64,000 nucleotides of DNA. It comes from Vicugna vicugna. Taxonomy: Eukaryota. This document shows positions 62,470 through 64,000 of this stretch, one piece after another. Below the pieces are notes generated by a model that was not told the DNA's origin, did no database searches, and worked only from the letters and a program-made list of their open reading frames with translations. The stretch lies in assembly GCA_013265495.1 (NCBI GenBank), contig MU058221.1, positions 1,550,001-1,614,000 of the forward strand, in the 5' to 3' direction. The position numbers and the translations under genes are program-made. Numbering within the stretch: position 1 is the stretch's first letter; every line of letters starts with the position of its first letter.

Positions 62470-64000
62470 GAATCCCTTTTGGCTACTGGTAACGGTGGCC
62501 TGACTACCATGACTTGAACAAATCAGGAGTTTATTTTATCATGTGAAAGAAGTCTGGAGCTAGGCAGTCCGGAGATGTGCCTCTGGTTCCACAAAGTCAT
62601 TAGAGACTCTTAAAGAAAAATTACACTGGACAAGAGGAGCAGACAGAAATGGATTTATTCCGATTCTGTTGCCAGCAATAAGGGGGGAAAGCACAGACCA
62701 GTGTGGACAGGCAGTTCTGCGAAACGAAGGGCAGGGAAGATTTTAAGAGCTGCGGTGGGGGATCATAGGCCACCTGTGTTTGTTAATTAGAGTCACCCAC
62801 AGGAAAAGCAAACTTTTCCCACACTCCCTGCCAGGAGGTAGTTTAAAGCTTAGAGCAAGGCACCCACTGAAGTGAGGCCCCTGCCCTTCCCCAGAGACTA
62901 GCAGAGGGGTTCTATCTTCCTTTAACATTTGCATTTCAAAGAGATGGTTCCCAGGTGCTTGGGACAGCCAGCTCCTGGATCTTAAAATTTGACAGAGGCT
63001 CTTAAGGAAATTCATATACATTTCAAAAGCACAGAGTTAGGAGTTACAATGACATATTGTCTAAAATAAATGTGGTAAGAAAAGGGGGATCAAGGGCTAA
63101 CAGTCAGGAAGAAACTTATCTAAAGTCTAGTCAATCTGATGGGAACATTAAGGCTATCTTTGTCAGGATCCAGAACCTTCTCTTTTTTGCCAACCTATCT
63201 TTGGTGTGTTGTGTCTAATTTCAAAGTCACAGAAGGGCTGCAGGACACCAGCCACAACACCTGCATTCCAGATTGGAAATAAATGGTAAAAGTAAAATGG
63301 TAGCCCTTGTGTCTGGGTGAGCCATCTTAAAGAGAATCAGTAAAGCCTTCGCCAGCAGCTTCTGTTTACATTCCTTATTCATTTTACCCTGAAAAAGAGG
63401 CTAGAAAATGTATAATTTAAGCAATTAACAAAACCAGCCCAGAGTAAACTGAGAATTCTGTTTGAAAGACGAAGGTGAAATGGGATATTTGGTAGCCATT
63501 GCAGGCTCTGTGACAGCCCCTGTGTGACCACCCACATCTTTACATGTCCTTCCTCCATTCGTAAATGTACTGATTTCCCTGCCAAAAGGTAACAAGCCAG
63601 TTCCTACATCTGGGAACTGCATCCAGGTCAAAGTCCAGGTGATGGGCAGCCTTCTTTATCACGTCTCCATGTGCTCCCATGAGCTGGTCAATTGTAAATT
63701 AAATAAATGTATCTGCTCCCCTATGCCAGGACACATAATATAAGAGGGAGAAAGGATAAGAAAAAAATTAGCAGATACAATAAAAACTTCCATTTGGAAA
63801 GAGAAGAAAAAGGGGACCCACACAACCAGTGCTGGGCCAGAACAATCAGCAGAAGTCGTGAGAACTCCTTTTCCCATCAGCGGAGCGCATCCCGTGACTG
63901 ACTCACCTGCTGACCCTTGGTTCTGCCCCCCACTTCCCTGCACAGCTTCCGGCTCTTCCATCTGAAGGGCGCATCTGGCCGTTTTTCCTCATGGTCACAG
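62470..64000 (-). mobile_element. MLT1-like MaLR LTR followed by probable MaLR internal sequence
   Basis: gagtttattttatcatgtgaaagaagtctggagctaggcagtcc (LTR); caataaaaacttccatttggaaagagaag (MLT-int-like) after about 63650. Confidence 0.55.
62610..63164 (-). mobile_element. MER31/MER67-like ERV1 LTR nested in an MLT1 LTR
   Basis: catttcaaagagatggttcccagg...gggaacattaaggctatctttgtca; homologous to 10201-10934. Confidence 0.75.

Noticed and set aside
1..64000. CRISPR array, tRNA/rRNA/snRNA genes, mitochondrial insert, operon-like system
   Set aside because: No regularly spaced repeat-spacer structure and no recognisable structural RNA or mitochondrial sequence seen; the DNA is mammalian and repeat-rich.

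Overview
Mammalian non-coding DNA, AT-rich overall and dominated by interspersed repeats. It is most likely camelid, inferred from the young L1 3' UTR type ending ...aaatgattataaatcaataaaaaatgtt-polyA. I recognise no host protein-coding exon, tRNA, rRNA, snRNA or CRISPR array. All recognisable ORFs in the track are transposon-derived: an L1 ORF2 C-terminus, Tigger1 transposase, and ERV1 gag and integrase relics. The window holds a deleted ERV1 internal relic (about 4.9-6.4 kb, minus strand), about ten ERV1-type solo LTRs, several MaLR (MLT1) LTRs, many L1 fragments (some with clear target-site duplications, TSDs), L2/MIR relics and DNA transposons (Tigger1, MER20, MER45A, MER104). Unique stretches carry orphan CpG-rich patches and homeodomain/FOX/SOX motif clusters, as expected for an enhancer-containing gene desert or large intron. 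I found no convincing novel biological system. The most notable items are a ~150-bp local duplication, a solitary poly(A) retro-insertion with TSD, an LTR with a duplicated octamer+CCAAT module, a twin-priming L1 inversion, a diverged 118-bp GC-rich tandem repeat and a 190-codon orphan ORF. Repeat family names come from recalled consensus sequences, not a database search, and boundaries are approximate unless a TSD is quoted.
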